Origin: Mobula hypostoma
Taxonomy: Eukaryota
Direction of reading: 5' to 3'
DNA length: 64,000 nt
NCBI RefSeq assembly: GCF_963921235.1
Contig: NC_086100.1
Location: 199,084,001 to 199,148,000 of the forward strand
The position numbers and the translations under genes were made by a program. Position 1 is the first letter of the stretch. Every line of letters starts with the position of its first letter. Of this stretch, positions 11,321-22,600 are shown one piece after another. Under the pieces are notes generated by a model, which saw only the letters and a list, made by a program, of their open reading frames with translations, had not been told where the DNA came from and ran no database searches.

Positions 11321-11899
11321 TAAACACAAAATAATCTGCAGATGCTGGGGTCAAAGCAACACTCACAACACGCTGGAGGAACTCAGCAGGTCGGGCAGCA
11401 TCCGTGGAAAAGATCGGTCGATGTTTCGGGCCGGAACCCTTTGTCAGGACTGTAGCAGGAAGGGGCAGAGGCCCTATAAAGAAGGTGGGGGGAGGGTGGG
11501 AAGGAGAAGGCCGGTCAGTTCCAGGTGAAAAACCAGTAAGGGGAAAGATAAAGGGGTGGGGGAGGGGAGGCAGGGAGGGGATAGGCAGGAAAGGTGAAGA
11601 AGGAATAGGGGAAAACACAATGGGTAGTAGAAGGAGGCGGAACCATGAGGGAGGTGATAGGCAGCTGGGGAAGAGGGCAGAGTGAAATAGGGATAGGGGG
11701 AGGGAATTACCGGAAGTTGGAGAATTCTATGTTCATACCAAGGGGCTGGAGACTACCTAGACGGTATATGAGGTGTTGCTCCTCTAACCTGAGTTTAGCC
11801 TCATCATGGCAGTAGAGGAGGCCATGTATGGACATATCTGAATGGGAGTGGGAAGCAGAGTTGAAGTGGGTGGCTACTGGGAGGTCCTCTCTGTTTTGG
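11321..11899 (-). mobile_element. 5'-truncated Penelope-like element (GIY-YIG C-terminus, 3' tail, mutated hammerhead)
   Basis: Encodes DLPVATHFNSASHSHSDMSIHGLL...RLEEQHLIYRLGSLQP. TSD gcactttg at 11313-11320 and 11900-11907. The host is a CR1 RT fragment (about 10800-11320). Confidence 0.9.
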
Positions 11900-12749
11900 G
11901 CACTTTGGGCACCGTTTTGGGTTGGGCACTTCAATGGTCGTAAATCCTGCCTCTCAGGATCTTTTTCAACAATCTGCCCACTACTGAAGTAAGACTCACT
12001 GGTCTATAACTTCCTGGGTTAGCTCTACTCCCTTTCTTGAACAAGAGAAGAACATTCGCAGCCATCCAGGACCTGCTGAGTTCCCCCAGAACTCTGAGTG
12101 TTGCTGCAGATTCTGCAGCTGCAGTCTCTTGTGTGTCTGGGCTTGTATCTGTGCTGTAGGTGAATCAGACTCAGAACCAGATTTGATATAACTGGTATAT
12201 GCCCTGAAATCCATTGTTTTGTGGCAGCAGCACAATAAAATAATAAAAACATTATGCATTACAATGAGAAATATATTTTATATAAAAAATAAGTAGTGCA
12301 AAAAGAGAGCAATAAAAGAAAAAAAGTAGTGAGGTTCACGGGTTCATAGACAATTCAGAAATCTGATGGTGGTGGTGAAGAAGCTGTTCCTAAAATATTG
12401 AGTGTGTGTCTTCAGGCTCCTGTAACACCTCCTTGGTGGTGGCATTGAGAAAAGGGCATGTCCTGTGTGTTGGAGGCCATTGAGAACGAATGCTGTCTTT
12501 CTGAGTCATCACCTTTTGAAGGTGCTGTGGAGGACAGTGCCCATGATGGAGCTGACTGAGTTTACAACTTCCTGCAGCTTTTTCTGATCCTATTCAGTGG
12601 CCCCTGCATACCAGACGGTGATGCAACCAGTTAGTATGTTCTCTATGATACATTTGTAGAAATTTACAGGAGTGATTGGTGACGTAACAAGTCTCCACAA
12701 GTTCCTAATGAAATACAGTTGCTGTCACTCATTTGCTTTTTCAATGTAG

Positions 12750-12957
12750 GGTTGTGAGTTATGGCCCCAGCTTCAGTCAGAAGCTGGTACCGGGGGAGTG
12801 GCTTCAGCCTCAGCATCCCCTCTGCTTTTGGGAGGCACAGACCGAACACAGACCCTTGAGGAGTTCCCTACTATGGAGGAAGGAACAATCACCATTACCG
12901 AAGAACTGGGGAGTCCGTACAGCGAACTTGGACCGTTCCAAACCCTGCAAACGTTTG
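12750..12957 (+). CDS. alms1: ALMS1 exon 3 (GCELWPQ...EEFPTMEEGTI...QTF)
   Basis: tgtag| acceptor and G|gtaggt donor, phase 0-1. EFPTMEEG resembles human DFPSLEEG. Confidence 0.85.
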
Positions 12958-13266
12958 GTAGGTGCTTCGTTGTGTGTATTGACCCATCCTTTGATTTTAG
13001 TCATGTTTTGAAGTTTTTTTTAAATGGGACCCATGTACCCACCACTCTGTTTTTAAAAAAAAATAAACCTACCTCTGACATTTCCCCTATATTTTCTTCC
13101 AATCGCCAGTATGTTCACCTATGTTAGCCATTTCCATCTTGAGGGGGAAAAGGTCTCTGGCTCTCCACTCTGTCTATGCCACTTATCATCTACCTCTATG
13201 AAGTTGCCTCTCATCCTCCTTCACTCCAAAGAGGAAAGTCCTAGCTCTCTCAACCTATCCTCATAA

Positions 13267-14034
13267 AGGCTGAGTTATACTTGTGCGTACTAGCTTACGC
13301 CGTAGCCTAGGCAAGTGGGCTACGCCATTGTGAGCATTTATACTTGTGCGTTGGTGTATCTGCGTTGCTCTGCAATTCACTGCCAAAACGCCAGTTGGTG
13401 GTGGGGTTTCTATGCCACTGTGTTGAGTTTCTTTGTGTTGAAACTCAACATGAAGAAACTCAAACTTCAAACAATGGCGACTGAAACTGAAGGAGGGTGA
13501 ATTTTCTGTATGTACGGTGTAGTATCCCTTGACGGAATCGAGAATTTTGAGCCAAAATCGATTTGTCAAAAAAAATCGGCATGTCACGCATGTACACACA
13601 CCTGCCCGCGCAAAGCTTCATGGTCATGGTAGTCTTTCTTGGGGTAAACAAGTTTAAAGCCAGCGTCTTTTTTCGTAAAAGTGAAAATCCTCTTTTGGTT
13701 AACGAAAACAGGTACTAATGTAGGTCTTTCGTAAAAGTGAAATGTGTCCTCCATAATTTCGGAGGTCTGTAAAGCTTTATGGAAAGCATTGCAGCCAGAG
13801 TTCCTTCCCTGCCCTTCAGTCGCCCAATGGGAAGCTATTGCAGTGTAGGAGGAAATGCAATGCTACCAAGCGGACCAATCACAGTTGTTTTGGTCTGTGT
13901 TGCCGCGTGCGTAGATACATTTTGGGAGAGGTGCGTGTTAGGCTACGGCGTAGGGTTTGCGTAGAGTACAGTGTAGGGTTCGTGGCTATGCCGTACCTAC
14001 AGCATACTTTTGACGCACAAGTATAAATCAGCCT
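13267..14034. mobile_element. Non-autonomous PIF/Harbinger DNA transposon
   Basis: 22-bp TIRs aggctga(g/t)ttatacttgtgcgt and a 3-bp TAA TSD (13264-66, 14035-37). Inserted in a minus-strand CR1 (about 13020-14190). Confidence 0.85.
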
Positions 14035-15026
14035 TAAGTCATGCTCTCTAATCCAGGTAGCATCCTGCTAAATCACTTCTGCTCCCTCTCTAAAGCTTCC
14101 ACATCCTTCCTATAACGAGGTGACCATAACCTAACACAGTACTGCAAGTGTGGTCTTACTGGAGCTTTACAGACCTACAACATTACTCAAATTTGTTACC
14201 TTTCCTTTGTACTCCTGTATCTTTTCATTCCCTCTTGTTCATCACATTCTTCTTCCTCTCCCTGTGATATCCCTTTCTTGCTGTTTGGCCACTTGTTCAT
14301 AAGCAGAGCTGACTCAGATGTCACTAGTTTGGAGGATGGTCCAGGTTGCGAAATGGTTTCAGTGCCGTCCTGAACACATTAAGGAGCTGTCAGGTGCTGT
14401 AGCCTGCCTTACCCCATCAAGTGATTAACAGTTCCTCAGTCTCTTCAGTCCGGACCACCGTTCATGTGCTCATGTGCGTTGAAACATTGAGCAGACTGTA
14501 AAATTACCCTGAATCTGCATCTCCTTTATACAAATCTTTCTGTTGCAGGTAATTGTTCTTGTCAGTTCATATTCTCTCCTCAGCCTACACAGTACTGTAG
14601 AAAACACCAAGGCTCACTCTGCCCTTAAAGCAATAGATCTCCAGCTCGGACACCACCCTTGCAGAAGTCCTCACCACCCTCGTCTTTTCTGTACTGTCAT
14701 GACCAGTCTGTACACAATGCTGTATTGTGAGGTGAGAGGGGAAAGGTTTCAACGGGACCTGTGGTTTTGCACACGGAGGATGATGTATGGAACAAGTGAT
14801 AGTAGTAAATACAATTACAACATTTAGGAGGCATACGGATTGGTAATTGGTTTATTATTCTCCCCCGTGCTGAGATACAGGTGGGGGAGCAATCCACAAG
14901 TGTTACCATGCCCACCACTTACTAACTCTTACCACCTTTGGATTGTGGAAGGAATCCCATACAGTCACAGTGAGAAAGTACAAGCTCCTTAGGACAGTGG
15001 CGTGAACTGAATCCCTATCAGTGATC

Positions 15027-15239
15027 CAATCACAAACAAGAGAAAATCTGCAGATGCTGGAAATCCAAACAACACACACAAAATGCTGGAGGAACTCAGC
15101 AGGCCACACAGCATTAATGGAAAAGAGTATAGTCGATGTTTCAAGTCCTGCCGAAGGGTCTTGGCCCGGAACGTCGACTGTACTCTTTTCCATAGATGCT
15201 GCATTGACTGCTGAGTTCTTCCAGCATTTTGTGTGTGTT
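15027..15239. mobile_element. Head-to-head inverted Penelope-tail insertion
   Basis: TSD cc(c/t)tatcagtgatc at 15013-15026 and 15240-15253. Inverted arms at about 15071-15142 and 15168-15239. Confidence 0.85.
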
Positions 15240-15570
15240 CCTTATCAGTGATCATTGGTGGTGTAAAGTGATCGTGCTTTGCTGTTGTGGTGTGATACTG
15301 TAACAACGAGATCATATTTTATCTTAGTTACTGACAAATTTAATTGCATTTTGCTGTTTCTTTTTTCAGTCTTATTCTCTTTAGTCCTTCTACTGGAAGT
15401 AAGTTTTTCATTGCACCTGAGCATACGGGAACAATAATCTCGATTTCTATGCATTGCCTATTTAACTGTCTCTCTAACTGCCTTTTAAACATGGCAGTGT
15501 GTTCCTGATTGCTTGTATTTGGAACATTGTACACGGTGTAAGTGCTGACCAGACATGTCTCTTCCATCAG

Positions 15571-15682
15571 AGCTGCAGAAAAGTGATCTGTCCCCCACCT
15601 TAGCACTTGTTACCACCTGTTCCGTGGAAGGTGATATGTCTGAATCCTTCCATCGCTCTCCACTGGAATTTGCCCCTCTGAG
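15571..15682 (+). CDS. alms1: ALMS1 exon 4 (ELQKSDLSPTLALV...FHRSPLEFAPLR)
   Basis: ccatcag| acceptor and AG|gtaaga donor, phase 1-2. Resembles human SPDLPLL...FHQSELSFAPLR. Confidence 0.9.
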
Positions 15683-16175
15683 GTAAGATATGTTTAAAAT
15701 CCTTGTGCTCTGTCAAAACGCGGAATCTGATTATTTCACATTGAAATTTTCTGGTCTGGCTCCCTTGGGATCTGACTAGTGGCAGACAACAAGCAGGGTT
15801 TTCATGATACCTTAACCTCATTGCCCTCGTGAAGTTGACAATGAACTGGATTTGATCATAGAAGTTGCTGATGATCGTCTTACTGCAAGCAGGAGAGCCG
15901 TCCTTTTAAAGTATAGACACTCTGAGGAGTATGGATAGTAGGTAAATGCAAGCAGGCTTTTTCCACTGAGTTTGGATGAGACTAGAACTGAAAGTCATGG
16001 GTTAAGGGTGAAAAGTGAAGTATTTAAGGGGAACCTGGAGGAGCTTCTTCACTCAGGGTGGTGAGTGTGGAACGATCTGCCAGCGGAAGTGGTGAATATG
16101 GGTTTGATTGCAACGTTTACTGGAAATTTGAAAAGGTACATGGATGGGAGAGGTATGGAGGGCTATGGTCTAGAT

Positions 16176-16368
16176 CAGGGGTGACCAATCTTTTACGTTC
16201 CATGCGTAAGTTTTTTCACTCACGAGTTCAGATGTGCCATACAACTCTTGTACCCCCATTCAATTCTTGTAAAAAATATGTTAATATAGAACTTGTGCGT
16301 GAAAAAATCGCATCTGAACTCATGCGTGAGAAAATTGAGGCACGGAATGTAAAAGGTTGGCCACCCCG
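16176..16368. mobile_element. hAT (Charlie-like) MITE, 193 bp
   Basis: 8-bp TSD gtctagat on both sides and TIRs caggggtgaccaa / ttggccaccccg. Internally palindromic. The host is a CR1 3' end. Confidence 0.9.
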
Positions 16369-18371
16369 GTCTAGATACAGGTGGATGGGACTAGGCAGAA
16401 TAGTGGTTTGTCATGGACCGGATGGGCTGAAGGGCCTGCTTCTGTGCTGTAGTGTTCTAGGACCCTTATCCTTGAGGCTGGAAGATTCCCAGACTTGCAA
16501 ATGGATTTAAAAGAACATTACTGTTAATTCTTAGAAGTGGATAGCCAGAGACTTTCCCTGGACAGAAATGGCTAACACAAAGGGGCATAATTTTACAGTG
16601 ATTGGAGAAATGTGTATTGGATGACAGAGGGAAGTATTTTACTTGGAGAGTGCTGTGTGTGGAATGCCCTGCTGAGGGTGGCAGTGGAGGCAGATACATT
16701 AGGGACATCTAAGAAACTCTTAGGTAACCACATGGATGATAGAAAAATGGAGGCCATGAGGGAGGGAAGAGTTGGATTGATCAGAGTAAATTAAAAAGTT
16801 GGCAGAACATCGTGCTTCAAACGGCCTGTACTATGCTTTCTTCACTTGGATTTCGTCACTTGTAAACCCCAGTCAGTTCGGATCGGCATAAACATCTCCT
16901 CCACAATCTCCGTCACCACAGGAGCACCACAGAGATCTGTACTTAGCCCCCTGCCCTCTTGCTTTAAACCTATGACTGTGTGGCTAAGTACAGCTCCACC
17001 ACCATATACAAGTTTGCTGACACCACTCCCGTGAGCAGTATCAAAGAGGGTGATGAACCAGCATACAGGAGGGAGATTGAAAACTTGTCTGAGTGGTGTA
17101 ATAACAACAACCTCTCACTCAATGTTATTAAGACCAAGGAACTGATTGTAGACTTCAGGAGAGGGAAACCAGAGGCCCATGAGCCAGTAATCATGAGAGG
17201 ATCAGAGGTAGAGAGGGTCAGTAACTTTAAATTCCTGTCCTAGACCCATCATATAAATATTATTGCAAAGAAAGTGCCTCTACTTCCTCAGGAGTCTTTG
17301 GAGGTTTGGCACGTCAAAAAAACCTTGGCAAACTTCTGCAGATATGTGGTGGAAAGTGTGCTGACTGGCTGCATTACGGCCTGGTATGGGAACTTCAACG
17401 CCTTTGCGCGGAAAATCTGGCAGAAGATAGTGGATTTGGCCCAGTACATCACAAGTAAAACCCTCCCAACAACTGAGCATCTCTACATGAGATGTTGCTG
17501 GAGAAAAGCAGCATCCATCATAAAGGATCCTCACCACCCAGGCCAGAATCAGAATCAGAATCAGGGTTATCATCACAGGCATGTGTCGTGAACTTAGCAG
17601 CTGCAGTTCAATGTCATACATAGAAGAAGAAAAAAAATAGTAAATAAATAACTAAATCAATTATGGTATAGGTATATTGAATAGATTGAAAATCATGCAA
17701 AAAACAAATTATATATTTTAAAAAGTGAGGTAGTGTTCATGGGTTCAATGTCCATGTAGGAAGCAAATGGCAGAGGGGAAGAAGCTGTTCCTGAATCACT
17801 GAGTGTGTGCCTTCAGGCTTCTGTACCTCCTACCTGATGGTAACAGTGAGAAAAGGGTTTTCCCTGGGTGCTGGAGGTCCTTAATAATGGACGCTGCCTT
17901 TCGGAGACACCGTTCCTTGAAGATGCCCTGGGTACTTCTAGTACCCAAGATGGAGCTGACTAAATTTACAACCCTCTGCAGCTGTATTTGGTCCTGTGCA
18001 GTAGCCCCCCCCCCCACCCCCACACCAGACAGTAATGCAGCCTGTCAAAATGCTCTCCACGGTACATCTGTAGAAGATTTTGAGTGTACTTGTTGACATG
18101 CCAAATCTCTTCAAACTCCTTAAGGCTGTCTTGCCGCCTTTATAACTGTATCAATATGTTGGGACCAGGTTAGGTCCTCAGAGATCTTGACACCCAAGAA
18201 CTTGAAACTGCTCACTCTCTCCACTTCTGATCCCTCTATGAGGATTGGTATGTGTTCCTTCATCTTACCCTTCCTGAAGTCCACAATCAGCTCTTTTGTC
18301 TTACTGATGTTGAGTGCCAGGTTGTTGCTGCGACACCACTCCACTAGTTGGCGTATCTCACTCCTGTACGC

Positions 18372-19593
18372 CAGCAGTCCCCAACCACCAGTCCGCAAAG
18401 CATGTGCTACTGGGCCGCAAGGAAACGATATGATTTGGCGATATGAGTCAGCTGCACCTTTCCTCATTCCCTGTCATGCCCACTGTTGAGCTTGAACGCA
18501 CGCAGGGTCATGATCTGCACGTCATCCATGTCAGCGCGGTAAGGAGATCAATGTCAGCGCGGTAAGGAGATCAACTCCTGGAGCTTGCAGATGACGGCGG
18601 GCTAAAAAGTATGTTTGACGTAATATCTCTGCTGGCATTCTGGATCAAAGTCAAGGCTGAATATCCTGAGATAGCCATGAAAGCACTGAAAGCGTTGCTT
18701 CCATTTCCAACATATCTTTGCAATGAATGCAACGAAAACTAAATTGCGGAATAGACTGGACATAAGGAACCCCCTCCGAGTATTGCTGTCTCCCATCACC
18801 CCTCGATGGGACCGTCTTGTTGCAGGAAAACAAGCCCAGGCCTTCCACTGATTCAGCGATATTGGTGTGTTGCAATGATTTTATATGTTCATACGGGGAA
18901 AATATGTGCTGTGTGTTTAATATCCAAATGTTCCTTAAAATGTTATGATGCTATTGACTTATATAACCATATAACAACTAGAGCACGGAAACAGGCGATC
19001 TCGGCCCTTCTAGTCCGTGCTGAATGCTACTCTCACCTAGTCCCGCCGACCTGCACTGAGCCCATAACCCTCCATTCCTTTCCTGTCCATATACCTATCC
19101 AATTTTTCTTTAAATGATAATATCGAACCTGCCTCTACCACTTCTACTGGAAGTTCGTTCAACACTTACTTCAAGCTCCCCTGTCCTCCCTGGTAACTGA
19201 CTTATCACTATATTCATGCGAGGAAAATATGCGCTGTGTGTTTAATATTAAATTCATTAGATAAACCCTTTTAGAAACGAAATTGAGTGTATTAGCCACT
19301 TATCACCTATATTCTGGTCGTGATTAACACTGCCCCCGCCCGAAGAGAATCGCCAAAAACGATTTGTAGAAAAAAATCGGCACGTACATCATGCGCAAGC
19401 CACGCATGCGTACTGGTGCCTGCACAAGGCTTCATGCTCATTGTAGTCTTTCTCAGGATAAACACAACGTATTTGACTGCTACTCTTGTCCGATGGCAAC
19501 CCAACCCCCCCCCACCCACCCGGGTCGACCGGTCCGCAAGAATATTGTCAATATTAAACCGGTCCGCAGTGCAAAAAAGGTTGAGGACCCCTG
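18372..19593 (+). mobile_element. Internally deleted hAT-Charlie transposon
   Basis: 8-bp TSD ctgtacgc (18364-71, 19594-601) and TIRs cagcagtccccaacc / ggttgaggacccctg. Residual transposase dimerisation region FWIKVKAEYPEIAMKALKALLPFPTYLC and KTKLRNRLD (about 18600-18840). CR1 3' piece inside (about 18962-19165). Confidence 0.9.
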
Positions 19594-19655
19594 CTGTACG
19601 CCCTCTCATCACCATCTGAGATTCTACCAACAATGGTTGTATCATCAGCAAATTT

Positions 19656-22600
19656 CTTTCTTTCTTTTTTAATCTTTTAATTACTTTTCTAAAATTATAA
19701 ACAGAATAACAATATTGATACAAAGAGATTGGAATTATCTTATTGTTGATAAACATGTACAAAAAAAGACTTCAAATAATACAGGTGTAATAGACTTCCA
19801 AACTCTTAATATAGTTCGTCATAAAAAAAAGAAATAAAAAGAAAAAATAATGCAAAGAAAAACCCCCCCAAAAAACAAAAAAAAAAACCTGAATACTAAA
19901 CCCAAAAAGAAAGCAAACGGAACAAAACAAGGCTGGACCAATATCTTAAATCGAATGCATTCAATAATGTCGTCAACTCTGCTCCTCTGTTCATATTTTT
20001 AAGTTAATAAGAAGGATGCAGAAAAGGTCGAGTTACATCATATGGAAATGTTGAATAAATGGCTTCCAAGTCTCTTCAAATTTAACCGAAGGATCAAAAA
20101 TGTCACTTATAATTTTTTCTAAATTTAAACATGGTACAGTTTGGGAAAACCATATAGTAGGAGGGTTGGTCTCCTTCCAATTCAATAAAATGGATCTCCT
20201 GGCTATTAAAGTAACAAATGCGATCATCCAACAGGCTGAAGAGGATAAAGATCTATGTTCCGTCATTGGCAATCCAAAAATTGCTGTAATAGGATGGGGT
20301 TGTAAGTCAAAATGCAAAACTGTTGAAATAATATCAAAAATATCTTTCCAGAATTTTTCCAAGAGAGGGCAGGACCAGAACATACGAGTCAAGGAAGCCA
20401 CCTCAGAGTGACATCTGTCACAAATAGGGTTTATGTGGGAATAAAAACGTGCTAGTTTATCTTTAGACGTATGGGCCCTATGCACTACCTTAATTTGTAT
20501 TAGCGTATGTTTCGCTCATATAGAGGAAAAGCTAACTAACTGAAAAATTTTATCCCATTTCTCTATAGGTAGGCAAAGTTGAAGTTCCCTTTCCCATTCA
20601 TTTTTAATTTTATCAGATGTACCTGGCTGTATTTTCATAATTATATCATAAATAGTTTCTAATAATCCCTTCTGAAAGGGATTTAAACCTAAAATTTTAT
20701 CAATGATATCAGTAGGGTATGAAATTGGAAAGGTAGGCAGCGTGGTATTTAAGATGTTTCTTATTTGTAAATATCTAAAAAAAAATTGGATCTGGGCAAA
20801 TTATATTTATTAGATAACTGTTCAAAAGACCTGAAACAGTTATTCAGGAATAAGTCACGGAAACTTGTTATACCTTTCATTTTCCATATCAAAAAGGCTT
20901 GATCCATAACCGAGGGTTGAAAAAAAAATTAGATATAATAGTGCTTGATAATATAAATTTGTTAAAACCGAAAAATTTACGAAATTGAAAGCATATTCGT
21001 AACGTATGTTTCATTATTGGATTAACCATTTGTTTATTCAATTTAGATAATACAAAAGGAAGTGAAGTTCCTAAAATGGAAGTCAAAGAGAACCCTTGTA
21101 CGGAGTAACCTTCAAGGTTTACCCAATGTGGACTTGGAATTATATTCCAATCTTGTGTCCAAAATATTAAATATCGAATATTAATTGCCCAATAACAGAA
21201 TCTTAGATTCGGCAATGCTAAACCACCATCTTTCTTGGACTTCTGTAAATATTTTTTACTTAACCTGGGATTTTTATTCTGTCATATATAGGAGGAAATT
21301 TTAGAATCAATAGTATCAAAAAAAGATTTAGGAATAAAAATTGGTATTGCTTGGAGTAGATATAAAAATTTAGGTAAAATAATCATTTTAATAGCATTGA
21401 TTCAGCCAATCAATGATAGAGACAACAGGGACCATTTAGTAATCAGTTGTTTAACCTGACTAATTAATGGTAAAAAATTGAGCTTGAGTAAGTCCTTATG
21501 TCCCTTAGCAATTTTAACTCCCAAATAAGTAAAATAATCAGTAATCAATCTGAATGGTGAACATCTATAAATGGGAACCTGCATATTTAATGGAAAAAGT
21601 TCATTCTTACCAAGATTCAGTTTGTAACCAGAAAAACTGCTAAACTGAGCAAGCAGAGTTAATATTGCCGGAATGGATTTCTCCAGGTGAGAAATATATA
21701 ATAGTAAATCATCTGCATATAGTGATAATTTATGTGTCTCATTTCCACGGGTAATACCAAATATATTAGGAGAGTCACAAATAGCAATAGCAAGCAGAGT
21801 TAATACTGCCGGAATGAATTTCTCTGGGTTAGATATATATAGTAGTAAGTCATCTGCATATAGTGATAATTTATGTATCTCATTCCCTTGGGTAATACCA
21901 AATATATTAGGAGAGTCACAAATAGCAATAGCTAACGGTTCCAGGGCAATGTTGAATAATAGTGGACTAAGAGGGCAACCCTGCCTAGTACCACGGAATA
22001 ACTGAAAAAAGGGAGATCTTTGATTATTAGTAAATACTGAAGCCAAAGGAGTAAAGTATATCAATTTAATCCAAGATATGAGTATCGGACTAAAATTAAA
22101 TTTCTCAAGCGTATTAAACAAGTATGCCCGTTCGACTCTATCAAAGGCTTTCTCAGCGTCCAGTGAAATGATGCATTCTGGAGTTCTTGGTGAAGGAGTA
22201 TAAATAATATTCATTAATCTCCTAATATTAAAGAAGGAGTAATGATTTTTAATAAATCCAGTCTAATCAACAGAAATAATTTGAGGCAATACATTCTCCA
22301 ATTTCGTTGCCAATATTTTAGAAAAAATAGATGTAGGCCTATAAGATGCACATTCAATAGGATCCTTATCTTTTTTAAGAATTAGGGAAATAGAAGCTCG
22401 GTAAAAAGATTGTGGTAATTTCCCTATAGATACTGCATCCCTAAGCATTCTACATAACCAAGGAGACAGTATAGTAGAGAAAAATTTAAAAAAATTCTAC
22501 TGTATATTCGTCTGGGCCAGGTGCTTTATCTGAGTTCATCAAAGAAATAGGACTTTTTATTTCTTCTACCGTAATAGATACATCTAGTTTTAAACGTTCA

